This document shows, piece after piece, positions 1-10,226 of a stretch of 64,000 bases of DNA (within the stretch, counting starts at the first letter, position 1; every line of letters begins with the position of its first letter). The stretch comes from a virus. Its lineage: Duplodnaviria > Heunggongvirae > Uroviricota > Caudoviricetes. The stretch lies in IMG/VR virus record IMGVR_UViG_3300037312_000757; one strand, given 5' to 3'. A program made the position numbers and the translations under genes. The notes beneath the pieces are model-generated. The model had not been told where the DNA came from, ran no database searches, and worked only from the letters and a program-made list of their open reading frames with translations.

Positions 1-422
1 GCGTTTACACCATCATCGACTGAACTATTCACATCATCAGCGTCAATGCTTTGATCGTAGAAGTCGACGTCAGAATTGTTCATGCCGCCAAGCAACTTGC
101 GTGGAATCTCGATATCGAGAACCCAGCACAAGTGTTGATCGTCATTTTTAAGCTTTTCTACGGGGACTTTGTTGTACTTGACGTAGATACCGTGCTTGAG
201 TAGTCGAAGCGCGGCACGAGGATCAGGCATCCCTTCGTAGTCGTATCTGAGTGATACAGTCACCCAGAACTTACGGATCTTTGGGCCCTGCACTACTTCA
301 CCGTTGAACCAGTGCTTGAACACGTAGATGTCCAGTGAGTCAAGAATGTCCTCGACTTGGATGAGAATATCCAACAGGTGAGGTGTTTCTTCGATTGTTT
401 TGAGGTCTAGTTTGTAGTCCAT
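1..422 (-). CDS. hypothetical protein, 3' end outside window
   Basis: ATG at 422 opens MDYKLDLKTIEETPHLLDILIQVEDILDSLDIYVFKHWFNGEV..., which runs off the window edge; TAAATA element upstream (442-447). Confidence 0.75.
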   Translation of the reverse strand, partial: MDYKLDLKTIEETPHLLDILIQVEDILDSLDIYVFKHWFNGEVVQGPKIRKFWVTVSLRYDYEGMPDPRAALRLLKHGIYVKYNKVPVEKLKNDDQHLCWVLDIEIPRKLLGGMNNSDVDFYDQSIDADDVNSSVDDGVN

Positions 423-522
423 ATTAATTTCCCGCTTCAGCTATTTATGTATGCCGGAAATGAAAAGGAGGGTTGGCCCCTCCTGTTAAGCCAACCCTCG
501 GTCCACCTTAGTGGAGTGAAAC

Positions 523-1362
523 TTACTTAGCGAACTTCTCGAATGCTCGTTGGAAACGAGCAGCCTTCTCGTCAACAACTTCTTCGCCTTCGTCGTATAG
601 CGCCAAGATCTCTTCGATAATTGGGTGACGTTCAACATCACCTGCATCGAACTCGAGAACTGAAATGTGGTCTGACTTCTTGTCAGCAAAGCGACCGATG
701 AAGTCCTTGAGACCGTTCTTTTCAAAACCACGATCGTGCTGGTTAACGTCACCAGTAATGATCATCTTGCTGTTTTCACCAATACGGGTAAGAACCATCT
801 TCATCTGATTTGGTGTTGAGTTTTGGCACTCGTCGAACAGAACCACAGCGTTTTTCAGTGTACGACCGCGCATGTAAGCCAGAGGAGCGATTTCGATCAT
901 TTCGTCTTCGATCATCTTCTCAATTTGCTGTGGTGTGTAGTATTCCTTGAACACATCCATGATTGGAATCACCCATGGGGCCATCTTTTCAATCAGTGTG
1001 CCTGGAAGGAAACCATGTTCTTCATCAACCGAAACTGCTGGGCGTGTGATGATAATCTTGTCTACTTGCCCTTCCTTCAATGCCTTGATCGCGTACATTG
1101 TGGCGAGGAGTGTCTTACCAGAACCAGCTGGGCCGGTTGCGAACACGATGTATTGTTGTTCGTCTTCGAGAGCTTTGATGTATTTTTCCTGTGTGAGGCT
1201 TCTTGGGATGAGGTCAACGCGACGTTTGCGTGGGACATAGCGTTCGGTTTCTTGGACATCGTAACCAGGTTTGTACTGTTGGGTGTTACGATTTGCATTG
1301 CGTTCAGCGCGTGGGTTTGGTTTATCAGCGCGTTTAGCTCTTTTGGTCACTCCAGCCTCCAA
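523..1362 (-). CDS. phoH: PhoH-family ATPase
   Basis: Motifs GPAGSGKT, ITRPAV, GFLPG, YMRGRT, DECQN, GDVNQHD, RHP. Confidence 0.95.
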   Translation of the reverse strand: MEAGVTKRAKRADKPNPRAERNANRNTQQYKPGYDVQETERYVPRKRRVDLIPRSLTQEKYIKALEDEQQYIVFATGPAGSGKTLLATMYAIKALKEGQVDKIIITRPAVSVDEEHGFLPGTLIEKMAPWVIPIMDVFKEYYTPQQIEKMIEDEMIEIAPLAYMRGRTLKNAVVLFDECQNSTPNQMKMVLTRIGENSKMIITGDVNQHDRGFEKNGLKDFIGRFADKKSDHISVLEFDAGDVERHPIIEEILALYDEGEEVVDEKAARFQRAFEKFAK

Positions 1363-1577
1363 ATGCTTTAGGATGTGAATTTGTTTAAAACTACTAACTT
1401 AATTGGCTGTTCTTCGTTATTTATGTACGCAGTTAACGACTTTTGTATAGCTTTATCTCAGCCAATTTCGTTATAAATGGAACCCTTGGTGGTTTCCACT
1501 TGGCAAAAAGCCAGCACCAACAGGGTTTCTGTCAGTTGCTGGCTTTTGTTTTACTGCTCGATTCTTCAAAGTATTGC

Positions 1578-1802
1578 TTATGTTACGTCTGCTACTGTTT
1601 CATGTTCATACTCCCAATCATCACCTAGGAGTACATTTACGGCATCGAAAAAGCCTTCTGCTCTTTGCCTGCCTTTTTCGTGATAATGATCACCGTATTG
1701 TGCGACTAGCTCATCATCTTGAAATATTTCAATGTAACAGTAGTCGCCATTACAATCTGGGTCACTTTCCAGATAATGCACTACTTCTCTGAATACTGTC
1801 AT
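1578..1802 (-). CDS. hypothetical protein
   Basis: 74 aa ORF coupled to the upstream gene (TAATG overlap). Confidence 0.65.
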   Translation of the reverse strand: MTVFREVVHYLESDPDCNGDYCYIEIFQDDELVAQYGDHYHEKGRQRAEGFFDAVNVLLGDDWEYEHETVADVT

Positions 1803-2362
1803 TATTCAGCCTTTGCTTTTGCCTTGCGCTTTGGCTTTGCTTCGGCAATAGGTTCTGCTTCAACTACTTGGGCAACTTCAGCAGTTGTGCCCAGAGCGCG
1901 TTCAACCGTTTCGTCGGTGCCGCCTGTTTGCTTGATTACGGCTGCTACAGACTGCGCCAAATCCTCTGGTGCAATTTCCACAGCAGGGGCGTCAGACGTG
2001 AGATCGAGAGCTGGCAGGCCCTTTCTGGCGCGTTCCTGAGCTTGTTGCTCAACCCAGATACCAACAGCCTCGGTGGTCTCTTTGCGGTACTTTGACAGGT
2101 AATGCTTCATCAGGTCGTCAGCCTTGATATCTGGGAAACCGTTCTTGACGACCGTTGCTTCCATAACGTCGATAACAACCACTGCGCGGATCAGGTCCTT
2201 TTCCTTTACGCGATCAACGAAGTTGATGCTTTCATAAACTGACCATTGCCCGCCGTTCAGATCGGCCCAACCCGGTTTTGCAGTGTTAGCACCTTGTGCT
2301 GGGCGGTACGAGTTGTACACCAGCATGAAGGGGCGCTTCGAGAGATATTTCTTGTTGTACAT
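1802..2362 (-). CDS. hypothetical protein
   Basis: 186 aa ORF in the - strand operon; basic C-terminus. Confidence 0.75.
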   Translation of the reverse strand: MYNKKYLSKRPFMLVYNSYRPAQGANTAKPGWADLNGGQWSVYESINFVDRVKEKDLIRAVVVIDVMEATVVKNGFPDIKADDLMKHYLSKYRKETTEAVGIWVEQQAQERARKGLPALDLTSDAPAVEIAPEDLAQSVAAVIKQTGGTDETVERALGTTAEVAQVVEAEPIAEAKPKRKAKAKAE

Positions 2363-2375
2363 TGTTCTTTTTCTT

Positions 2376-2771
2376 TTAAAAGTCTTCGGTCACTTCGGAG
2401 AGGTCTTCGATATGAATGTCTTTCTCGAATCCTACCGAGCCGCCATAATAGCCATTGTGCGAGTTGCGGACTTCAATGTCAATATAACCATACGTCGTCA
2501 TCAAAGTCCAAAACGCCGCTTCTTCGACTTCTTGGCGAGTTGATTCGCATGGCGTCCAATCTTTCTCTTCGATAAAGAGAACCACACAACCATTCATCCC
2601 ATCATTAACAGGCAATGACACATGATTAAACCAAACGTCATTGCAGCAGGAATTCAAGGCCGTGAACACATAGTCGCCATCAGTAGTCGCAAAGACTAGG
2701 TGATAGTTATTTGGATCAGTGTAGATACCAGTGATAGTACGGCCGATGATGGGATCAAATGCTGTTGCCAT
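2376..2771 (-). CDS. hypothetical phage protein
   Basis: 131 aa; CCxDVWF and HNGYYGG motifs; abuts clamp loader gene. Confidence 0.75.
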   Translation of the reverse strand: MATAFDPIIGRTITGIYTDPNNYHLVFATTDGDYVFTALNSCCNDVWFNHVSLPVNDGMNGCVVLFIEEKDWTPCESTRQEVEEAAFWTLMTTYGYIDIEVRNSHNGYYGGSVGFEKDIHIEDLSEVTEDF

Positions 2772-3698
2772 TTATTGCTTAGTGATGTTGATCAATTCAA
2801 CAATTGTTGCCGCCAAGTTGATCTCAATGTCTGCAACCAAGCTATGGTTCACCAGACCCTTGCGGATAACCAGCAGTGCATCGTTTTGTTGTTCTTCCGT
2901 GTTGCCCCAGAATTGCAGATTCTGGTACATGAAACGGTAGATATCGTTGTACTCTTCAGGCTGCGCTTGTGCGACTACCAACTTACGTGCTTCAGTGTAT
3001 TTGCCTGATGCAAACAAGTTAGCCATTTCCAGCATGTAGTCTTTGCCGCCACTATCAGCTTTCTGCGGCGATTGCAGCTTACCGTCACGCACGTTTTGCT
3101 GAAGCAGGTTGATACACTTGCGCAAATCTGGGTGCGTCATATCAACGTATTCTTCCATCGTTTCGATGTCAAACTCAATATTTTCTGTTGCCAGAATTGT
3201 GCCAATGCGCACCATGAATTCGCTCACATCGAGCGCTTCAAAGTGGAAACCTTGGCAACGGCTATGAATAGCCGGGATGATTTTGTTTGGGTAGTTGCAC
3301 GTAAGAATGAAGCGCGCCGTGTCGTGATACTTTTCCATTTCACCACGCAGAATACGTTGCGCAAGTGGTGACATTGAATCAGCTTCGTCAAGCAATACAT
3401 ACTTGAAGTCGCCAAGCGGCCATGTGCTAACAAAGTTGACAATCTTGTCTTGCACCACGTCGGCATTACGTTCGCGCGACGCGTTGATCTCAAGAATGTC
3501 ACCCTTGTTCACGTTCAACAACTTTAGCATCATCAACGCAAGTGACGTCTTACCGGAGCCTTGGACTCCACTCAGCAGCAAGTGTGGCAGTGCGCCATTC
3601 TTGAGCCATTGTTCAACTTGTTCACGTTGTGCGGGATCACGCCACACATACTCTTCGAGTGTTTGCGGGCGATAGGCCTCAGTCCAAAGCTTTGTCAT
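2772..3698 (-). CDS. clamp loader (RFC/gp44-like AAA+) subunit
   Basis: WTEAYRP, GVQGSGKTS, EINAS, LLDEAD, SRC motifs. Confidence 0.93.
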   Translation of the reverse strand: MTKLWTEAYRPQTLEEYVWRDPAQREQVEQWLKNGALPHLLLSGVQGSGKTSLALMMLKLLNVNKGDILEINASRERNADVVQDKIVNFVSTWPLGDFKYVLLDEADSMSPLAQRILRGEMEKYHDTARFILTCNYPNKIIPAIHSRCQGFHFEALDVSEFMVRIGTILATENIEFDIETMEEYVDMTHPDLRKCINLLQQNVRDGKLQSPQKADSGGKDYMLEMANLFASGKYTEARKLVVAQAQPEEYNDIYRFMYQNLQFWGNTEEQQNDALLVIRKGLVNHSLVADIEINLAATIVELINITKQ

Positions 3699-3711
3699 TT
3701 TTTTGTTCTTG

Positions 3712-4068
3712 TTATTTGATCAGTTCAGATGTGTCAAGCGGGCAAGTATCTGTGACAACTTCTACGCTGTCTGGATACTCAACTTGCCATAGTGTAATGG
3801 TTTCCCCTTCCGGAGTCACATATTCAAAACCATTAGTCCAACGGCCATGCTTGACGTAAATCCACTGACCGGCTTGCAGATCGTCAACTTGTGGTCCAAC
3901 GAGATAAACTTGGCACCAGCGTGGGCGAATGCCGTGTTCTTTCATATTGTCGTCACGCAGAATAATACCACCTGTTGAAACGCGAGCGCCCTTTTCCATG
4001 TTTGTGACATAGACAACATTGCGAAGGGGACGAAGTGTGCCTGTAACGGCTGATGAATGGGTTGCCAT
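3712..4068 (-). CDS. co-chaperonin GroES-like protein
   Basis: LRPLRNVV, STGGIIL, VYLVGP pattern of Cpn10. Confidence 0.8.
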   Translation of the reverse strand: MATHSSAVTGTLRPLRNVVYVTNMEKGARVSTGGIILRDDNMKEHGIRPRWCQVYLVGPQVDDLQAGQWIYVKHGRWTNGFEYVTPEGETITLWQVEYPDSVEVVTDTCPLDTSELIK

Positions 4069-4196
4069 CTTGTTATTTCTCCTAATCCCGCTATTTTATG
4101 CCACATGTAATGGCATGTCAAAATTCGTGCCAGAAAAAGGATGGGTCGGTAATTGCTTACCGACCCCTAGGAGAGAAAGAACAATGGCCTTACTGC

Positions 4197-4559
4197 TTAA
4201 TCGTTGAAGTCATCCTTCAAGATCTTCTTGCCGCTCTTCGGTGCAGTATTAACCGGAGCGGCAGTTTGTGACTCAGCTGACTTCTGGGCTAGAGCCTTAG
4301 CTTGGGCCATGACTTCAGCTGGGGTCAAAAAGGTATCGGGTGTAACTTCCTTCAGGCTGACGCGGCGGACAGCCTTCGGGTTCTGATTGTGATATTCCTG
4401 TGCCACTTCTTCACGACGTTTCAGAATCTTACCACCAGGGCCGAGAATATCGCCACGGGCATTCATATTTGCGTTGCCGATCGCGATTTTTGTCTCGTTC
4501 TTGGTCAAGATTGGTGTGACATCAAGACTCTTACCTTTCATCGTTTTCACGCGGTTCAT
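4197..4559 (-). CDS. hypothetical protein
   Basis: 120 aa; GNANMNARGDILGPGG; AGGAG upstream. Confidence 0.75.
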   Translation of the reverse strand: MNRVKTMKGKSLDVTPILTKNETKIAIGNANMNARGDILGPGGKILKRREEVAQEYHNQNPKAVRRVSLKEVTPDTFLTPAEVMAQAKALAQKSAESQTAAPVNTAPKSGKKILKDDFND

Positions 4560-4606
4560 AGGAATCTCCTAAAGTAATCTACTGTTTTATTTATAAAGGT
4601 GATTCT

Positions 4607-5143
4607 TCAGTCTCTGATGAATTCCTTGATATCCAGCTCATACAGGATGGAGTCAACCTTGTGTACACCGATCAAATAAAGAGCATAGCTGGCAACTGAG
4701 GAGCCACGCCCTACACCCCACCACACGCCTTCCTCACGCAGGGTAGAGGTCATGTAGATCAAGAAGCTTAGAACGTCTTCCATGGCATGCTTGCGAAACA
4801 GGTCCATTTCCTCAGCGATCCTCGCTCGTTCAATGTCAGTTTTGCAGCGTTCCAGCAGCCAGGCTTCTACATCAACAACTTTTTCATCTTCTGGCATCAG
4901 CCAATGCCGTTGCCGTGCTTTGTGAAAGTCCTCGGGTGAGATATCAAGTGGTTGCGCAAAACTCATGCTCTTTTCGGGAGCGTCAAATGTTTTGCACCAC
5001 TTGTTATAAGTCTCGATTTTCTCGGACTGTTCAGCTAGGGCGTCTGGTGTTTGGAAATGTCCGTTGTAGAACATTTCCAAAACGCCTTGTTCGTTTAGAA
5101 CAACTCTACCCCAGTCATCAATCTTCTGTGTCGCTATTGTCAT
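4607..5143 (-). CDS. DNA polymerase III alpha (DnaE)-like fragment
   Basis: WGVGRGSSVASYALYLIGVHKVD matches the DnaE GxGRGS region; only 178 aa. Confidence 0.8.
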   Translation of the reverse strand: MTIATQKIDDWGRVVLNEQGVLEMFYNGHFQTPDALAEQSEKIETYNKWCKTFDAPEKSMSFAQPLDISPEDFHKARQRHWLMPEDEKVVDVEAWLLERCKTDIERARIAEEMDLFRKHAMEDVLSFLIYMTSTLREEGVWWGVGRGSSVASYALYLIGVHKVDSILYELDIKEFIRD

Positions 5144-5834
5144 CTAGTCCGCCACTAATGATACGTGGTTTAAATTCAGGTCTGATGATAATAGCAGCTT
5201 CTGAGTCTGTCTTCAAAAATTGCTTTTCGATAAAGCTCATATCGTAGCCAAAGCTTGGTGCCTTGGACAAGTCGGCATTCTCGCCAGGAATGACGTCAAA
5301 GGTGGTACCATCATTGCGTTCCCACCATGGCTGTGGATGGAATGAACGAGGTCCCACCCATTCAACCATAGACGGCAAATACATTGATGCGTGACCCGCG
5401 AAACCACAGGTCAGATTCTCACGCGAGTCGCTGTTGATTTCGACAAAACTGAACATAACGTAGCCACCACCAAGCGCATTCAGCTTACTTTGGAAGATCA
5501 CAGCAAGGAAATCCTCTGTTGGATCTTCAGGCATAACCATTGGGAAATTGCCAGTACGTTGACGACCTTCATCATCGAACATCATGTCGAGTGCGAACTC
5601 GTTGTCACGGCTAAACATGATAGAACTGCTAACAATGTGGTCGAACCAGAAATGGATTTTCTCGAGTGCGACTGATAGTTGCTGCTCATTGCAGCTTTCT
5701 TTGACATGCACTTCGGTTTTGAGTGAGTGCATATGGGCTGACAAAACATTGTCAATTACTCGAAGAGTCTTGAACTTGAATGTCATCCAACTAAAAGAGT
5801 CTGGGAGTAAATCGTCGTCATCAAATCCGCTCAT
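5118..5834 (-). CDS. hypothetical protein
   Basis: 238 aa ORF overlapping the DnaE-fragment start. Confidence 0.75.
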   Translation of the reverse strand: MSGFDDDDLLPDSFSWMTFKFKTLRVIDNVLSAHMHSLKTEVHVKESCNEQQLSVALEKIHFWFDHIVSSSIMFSRDNEFALDMMFDDEGRQRTGNFPMVMPEDPTEDFLAVIFQSKLNALGGGYVMFSFVEINSDSRENLTCGFAGHASMYLPSMVEWVGPRSFHPQPWWERNDGTTFDVIPGENADLSKAPSFGYDMSFIEKQFLKTDSEAAIIIRPEFKPRIISGGLDDNSDTED

Positions 5835-5954
5835 AACATTCCTTTGTGCGGGGCAATCCCCAGATTGAAAGATAAACTTGATGACCGCCGCTGTGGTTGA
5901 ACAGCCAATGGGGCAACGGTCATCAAGTTTATTTATTAACTACTCAGTTAAATC

Positions 5955-6338
5955 TTACTGCTTTTTGCCAGTAAGCGGATCGATTTGGTCGCCTGGTGTT
6001 TCAGCAGGCTTCTTGGTCTTCGGTGGGAAGAATGAGGCAAACTTACCACTATTGACACCTGACTTCTTCTTTGTCGTTGTCTCCACTTCCTTCTTTGGAC
6101 GGAGATCAGGTTCCGTTTCGATGATGTCTGGAAACATGCGATCACGCATTTCATGCAAGCGAATCAACATGCGTTCTTGCTGTTCATGCTGAAGAGCTTC
6201 CAACATGGCTTGCATTTGTTCAACAATTTGATAGCTGCCCATACCGTAGGCAAACACCAATTTTCCTTGGAGATTCGTGATTTTCTTCACGATCTCGTCA
6301 TCACTCATCTTTTTAGGTTCAAAGCCAGGTACGATCAT
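5955..6338 (-). CDS. hypothetical protein
   Basis: 127 aa helical ORF in operon. Confidence 0.7.
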   Translation of the reverse strand: MIVPGFEPKKMSDDEIVKKITNLQGKLVFAYGMGSYQIVEQMQAMLEALQHEQQERMLIRLHEMRDRMFPDIIETEPDLRPKKEVETTTKKKSGVNSGKFASFFPPKTKKPAETPGDQIDPLTGKKQ

Positions 6339-6347
6339 TTCATGCGA

Positions 6348-6806
6348 TTACTTTTTGCCGGTCGAGCCAAAGCCGCCGGTGCCACGATCGCTCTTAGCAA
6401 AATTATCAACAACGTTAAATTCAACTTGTTGAACTGGAACGATAACCAGTTGTGCTAAACGATCAAGCGGGTTAAGTGTAAATGCTTCCTCAACGCCACC
6501 AGTCTTGCGGTTCCAAACTGAAACCATCAGTTGACCTTGATAGTCAGCATCAATCAGGCCAACCAAGTTGCCAAGAACGATACCGTTCTTGTGACCTAGA
6601 CCTGAACGAGGCAGGATCATAGCAGCGAAACTTGGGTCACCAATATGAATTGCCAAGCCTGTTGGGACAAGCACGGTCTCACCAGGTTGAATTGTTATTG
6701 GAGCGTCAATGCAAGCACGCAGATCAAGACCAGCGCTACCAGGAGTTGCGTAAGTTGGCAGCATGTCGTTCATGCGTGCATCTAATACTTTCAGATCGAT
6801 TTTCAT
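6348..6806 (-). CDS. dut: trimeric dUTPase
   Basis: [36 protein letters not shown]; resembles betaproteobacterial Dut. Confidence 0.97.
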   Translation of the reverse strand: MKIDLKVLDARMNDMLPTYATPGSAGLDLRACIDAPITIQPGETVLVPTGLAIHIGDPSFAAMILPRSGLGHKNGIVLGNLVGLIDADYQGQLMVSVWNRKTGGVEEAFTLNPLDRLAQLVIVPVQQVEFNVVDNFAKSDRGTGGFGSTGKK

Positions 6807-6932
6807 AATTCTTATAGTTGATTGATCGCTGACAGCATCAGCGAGTATTTATTCTGGTAACCAGAAATGAGGATGGTTACAGTATTGCCACATCAAACAA
6901 TACTGTAACCAGGGAGACGTGTCAAAATGCGC

Positions 6933-7208
6933 TTAACGCTTGTTTGACTTAGGCGGAGTTGAAGGTGCTGGTGTGAATGCCGGATTTGTGATACGATGAT
7001 ATACACCGCATTTAGGGCAGTAAAAATCTATACTGCGGAAAATCAAGTTCTGAGGTTCGAACGATGACTTGTTACCGCAAGGGCATGTATAGGTGAATGG
7101 ACCCAAATAGAGCTTGCCAAGATTGGTTGACGGACGCTCTTCAGTTTTGCGTCGGTCAACGTCTTGAGGGAACTTGATTACTTTCACGATGTGTCTCCGC
7201 GTGCTCAA
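6933..7208 (-). CDS. Zn-ribbon hypothetical protein
   Basis: CPCG...CPKCG; exact start uncertain. Confidence 0.6.
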   Translation of the reverse strand: MSTRRHIVKVIKFPQDVDRRKTEERPSTNLGKLYLGPFTYTCPCGNKSSFEPQNLIFRSIDFYCPKCGVYHRITNPAFTPAPSTPPKSNKR

Positions 7209-7273
7209 ATATTTATTTGTGATTCCACGGAGACAAAATGCAGTTTTAACCTCCAGGTGAATCTTGCTATACC

Positions 7274-7636
7274 CTAAAAGTTGAAACTCTTACCACACCC
7301 GCATGAACCTTTCGCAGCGGGTAGATCATATGTCAGTTTGTAGTTGAGGCCATCGCGCACGTAGTCAACGGTGCCACCATCAAGATAGACGGCAGTCAAG
7401 CTGTCATTGACGTGCAACCAATAAATTGGTCCATCAGGTTCTGCTTGTGGAACGCTCATTTCTACAGCGATCAAGCACCCATTACCATTGGTTGCGTTCC
7501 GCTTGAACACGTAGTCGATTTCGTAGCCGTTACAGCCAGACGATTTTGCTTTCAATTCGATGACGTTCTCGCCTGCTGCTTTCAATAGGCGAATAAAGTG
7601 TGAACGCGCTGCTGGAGTTACTGTCAAGTGTTTCAT
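7274..7636 (-). CDS. HesB/IscA-type Fe-S carrier
   Basis: SSGCNG, C-terminal GSCGCGKSF. Confidence 0.88.
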   Translation of the reverse strand: MKHLTVTPAARSHFIRLLKAAGENVIELKAKSSGCNGYEIDYVFKRNATNGNGCLIAVEMSVPQAEPDGPIYWLHVNDSLTAVYLDGGTVDYVRDGLNYKLTYDLPAAKGSCGCGKSFNF

Positions 7637-7709
7637 GCGGGTATTTAGTATGAAAAAGTGAAGCCCGCCATTATGATATGGCGGGCCCCAGTTGTAAGCA
7701 AGTGCCTAC

Positions 7710-8078
7710 TTAGATGAAGCTGTTGTTTTCGGTGTCGTCCTTGCGCACTTTACCGCTGAACTTTGCCAGCGTGAACTGCTTCTCGATGTAGTCAAGCAAG
7801 CCTTCCTGTATGGCGTCATAACCACGCGCACAGTGCGGGCCGTATTCGACGTAACCCTTCTTGTTAGCTTTCTCGCGTTGGCGACCTTCCAGCTCGTCCT
7901 TGCCCCACCATCCGAAGTGACGCTCGAATGTCAGAGTGCCACCGCGCTTGCCCCAAAAGTTATACAGAGAGCCGCGCTGCCCGTTGGCGCCGTTGTCGAA
8001 CTCGATGAAGCCCCAGATCTTGTCGTTGTTCGTCGCTGGCCTGTAGCACCAACCGACGAAATGCACTTTGTACCCCAT
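7710..8078 (-). CDS. WGR-like domain protein
   Basis: DKIWG, FWGKRG, KKGY pattern. Confidence 0.6.
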   Translation of the reverse strand: MGYKVHFVGWCYRPATNNDKIWGFIEFDNGANGQRGSLYNFWGKRGGTLTFERHFGWWGKDELEGRQREKANKKGYVEYGPHCARGYDAIQEGLLDYIEKQFTLAKFSGKVRKDDTENNSFI

Positions 8079-8596
8079 ATCAAGACCTCCCTTAAAAAGA
8101 AGTGTTGTTTATCAGCAACATCATTCTAAATGTTTTTGAGTTCATTCGCAAGTGAATACTGACGAAAGTAACGTTACAAGATTGCAACATTTTGGTCGCC
8201 AATGCTTGACGTAGCAATACTTATTTTGTACATACGTTAAAAAACTGGTGGTCTACACGCTTACACCAAAGCAAGATGCCACAAGGTTTTATATGAATCG
8301 ATTGTAAAACTGCACACCAGTCTTGTAATTATGCAGATTGCAACTATATTAAAAGTGCGAGCTGTTCTCGCATGATGGTTGCAAGATCTTTACACTTTGA
8401 ACTACTGTATGGCTATACATATTTTCAATAAAATCCTGTACTTACGTGACGTTGAGAGTGTGATTGCTATAACTTTATAGCTAGTTTGTGTTGACGCTGA
8501 TGCCTGTTGTTCATAACATTGCTACACCTAACGAAGAAAACGCAGCAACACGTTAGCAAGCTTAGTCAAATTAAACCAGTTAAAGGAGTGTTTGAA

Positions 8597-9130
8597 ATGA
8601 AATTTGCTCTCACGTTCAACAAGCCGGCAGTGGCTAACTTCATCGACACGGACGTATATGAAGGCATGCGTGTCAAGATCGAAGGCGGTCAAGTGTTTTT
8701 CAAGCCGACCAAGTCGGCGCGCGGTAACGGCGTGTTCGCCATCGTGACACGTACTCGCGGGGGTACGGGAATCGAAATCAGCGGCAAGTTTGCTGAAGAC
8801 TTCCTGAAGAAGACGGGCATGGAACGCGGCACTCACATGGTGCTGCACGCAACCAGCTACGGCTGGATGGTCGCAGAGCCGGTCGGCGCCCCTGGTGAAA
8901 AGCCCTCGAAGATCCACCCGTGCGCTCGCTTGTGGCGCTCGATCGAAGAAATGGGCGAAAAGTCCGAGAAGGCGCCGGCGAAAGCTGCACGCGCTCCGCG
9001 GGCGAAGAAGGCTGCTCCCGCAAAGGCTGCGCGAACCCCGCGCAAGGCGAAGGCCGAAACGGAAGCTGCACCGAAGCGTACTCGCAAGGCGAAGGCTGCA
9101 TCAACTGAAGCTGCTGCGAACGCGGCATAA
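8597..9130 (+). CDS. putative DNA-binding protein with histone-H1-like Lys/Ala/Pro tail
   Basis: AAGGAG RBS before ATG 8597; tail KAPAKAARAPRAKKAAPAKAARTPRKAKA. Confidence 0.7.
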   Translation: MKFALTFNKPAVANFIDTDVYEGMRVKIEGGQVFFKPTKSARGNGVFAIVTRTRGGTGIEISGKFAEDFLKKTGMERGTHMVLHATSYGWMVAEPVGAPGEKPSKIHPCARLWRSIEEMGEKSEKAPAKAARAPRAKKAAPAKAARTPRKAKAETEAAPKRTRKAKAASTEAAANAA

Positions 9131-9218
9131 CTTCAACGGTGCGGTAGTGGTCCTTCGATGGGGAGCCTGTGAGCTCCCCACTCTTACGTCTGGTGAAAAT
9201 GAATACAAAAGTCAAACG

Positions 9219-9242
9219 AAAGGGGAGCTATAGCTCCCCTTT
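9219..9242. terminator. bidirectional intrinsic terminator
   Basis: AAAGGGGAGC-TATA-GCTCCCCTTT between convergent genes. Confidence 0.8.
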
Positions 9243-9263
9243 ATACTGCGTTAAACGAACGCA

Positions 9264-9917
9264 CTAGCCTTTCTTGTAGAACACGTGGTCGCCAATAACG
9301 GTCACTTTGTCGAGCTCTTTGCGCCATTTAGGTGCAACCTCTTGTGTATGGTACCACTTGATGTCGTTGTTTGCTTGGCCACCGGCCATCACAATGAGGT
9401 TTACATCTGTTGACTTTGCTTTGCCATACTCAGTCATGACAAGATGTGCAACTTCCAACGCACGACGCCATGAGTCAAGCTCTTTTACTGGTTTTTTCCC
9501 CAATGGGAAATTGGTCCAACTGAACTGTTTGTGCCGCCAGACCGTTTTGCAGACGCTGTCGCCCGTTGCTTTGGCACGGTTCATCGTAGTCTTAGCAACC
9601 AAAATTTGCCCTGCCAGAGGCTGATCTCGTGATTCCTCGTAGATGTTGCACGTAAGGCAGATGAGATCGTCTTTCCGCACAGTCCCACAATCGAGATTGT
9701 GCGCGGTAACTTGCCGGCCGCCAATGTTGACATCGCGATACTGCACGACTTCAACTGGCTCGATCACCTCAGTGTGTTCGACTGTAGGCTTGAACGAAAT
9801 AAACCCGCAAGCTGCCAGACCTACGAGGATCGGAGTGGGTGCTATCAGCGCTACCCTCGCCGCGGTTCTTGACGTCTTAGACGTCAGTAACGCGTTGACA
9901 AGCTTTGCTTTTATCAT
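9264..9917 (-). CDS. SleB/Hydrolase_2-type cell wall hydrolase with N-terminal membrane anchor
   Basis: CLTCNIYEESR, QFSW, WYH...PKW, IGDHVFY. Confidence 0.88.
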   Translation of the reverse strand: MIKAKLVNALLTSKTSRTAARVALIAPTPILVGLAACGFISFKPTVEHTEVIEPVEVVQYRDVNIGGRQVTAHNLDCGTVRKDDLICLTCNIYEESRDQPLAGQILVAKTTMNRAKATGDSVCKTVWRHKQFSWTNFPLGKKPVKELDSWRRALEVAHLVMTEYGKAKSTDVNLIVMAGGQANNDIKWYHTQEVAPKWRKELDKVTVIGDHVFYKKG

Positions 9918-9995
9918 TTGCCAACCTATCTCAGTAGTTAAGATAGGCGCATGGTAAATGAACTGGCGTTGCCAGTCAACACCTACATCATACTA

Positions 9996-10226
9996 TTACG
10001 TTCGTTTACCAAATCGTGCCCACAAAATCAGTGTGGCCGCCATCAGGTTTACGATTGGCAAGCATCCAGCAACAATGAACCAGAACAAGCTTGACCGGTG
10101 ATTGTAGCCAAACTTGGTGCAAGGGCCATGCACGGCATCGTCGTAAAACCCGCCAAGCATGATGCAGAATGTAAGCACCATGCTCAGCACTACATACCAA
10201 TGAAATATATGACCAGCTAGGCTCAT
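9996..10226 (-). CDS. small membrane protein
   Basis: two hydrophobic segments; ATGA overlap. Confidence 0.6.
   Translation of the reverse strand: MSLAGHIFHWYVVLSMVLTFCIMLGGFYDDAVHGPCTKFGYNHRSSLFWFIVAGCLPIVNLMAATLILWARFGKRT

Noticed and set aside
823-1371. Long antisense ORFs (e.g. 823, 12321, 33746, 35408, 44818)
   Set aside because: They are shadows of well-supported genes on the opposite strand, without RBS or motifs.
6875-6910. 13-bp inverted repeat GGTTACAGTATTG/CAATACTGTAACC as a mobile-element end or LexA box
   Set aside because: A single hairpin with no transposase or target duplication, and the half-site orientation does not match CTGT-N8-ACAG; likely a terminator or processing stem.
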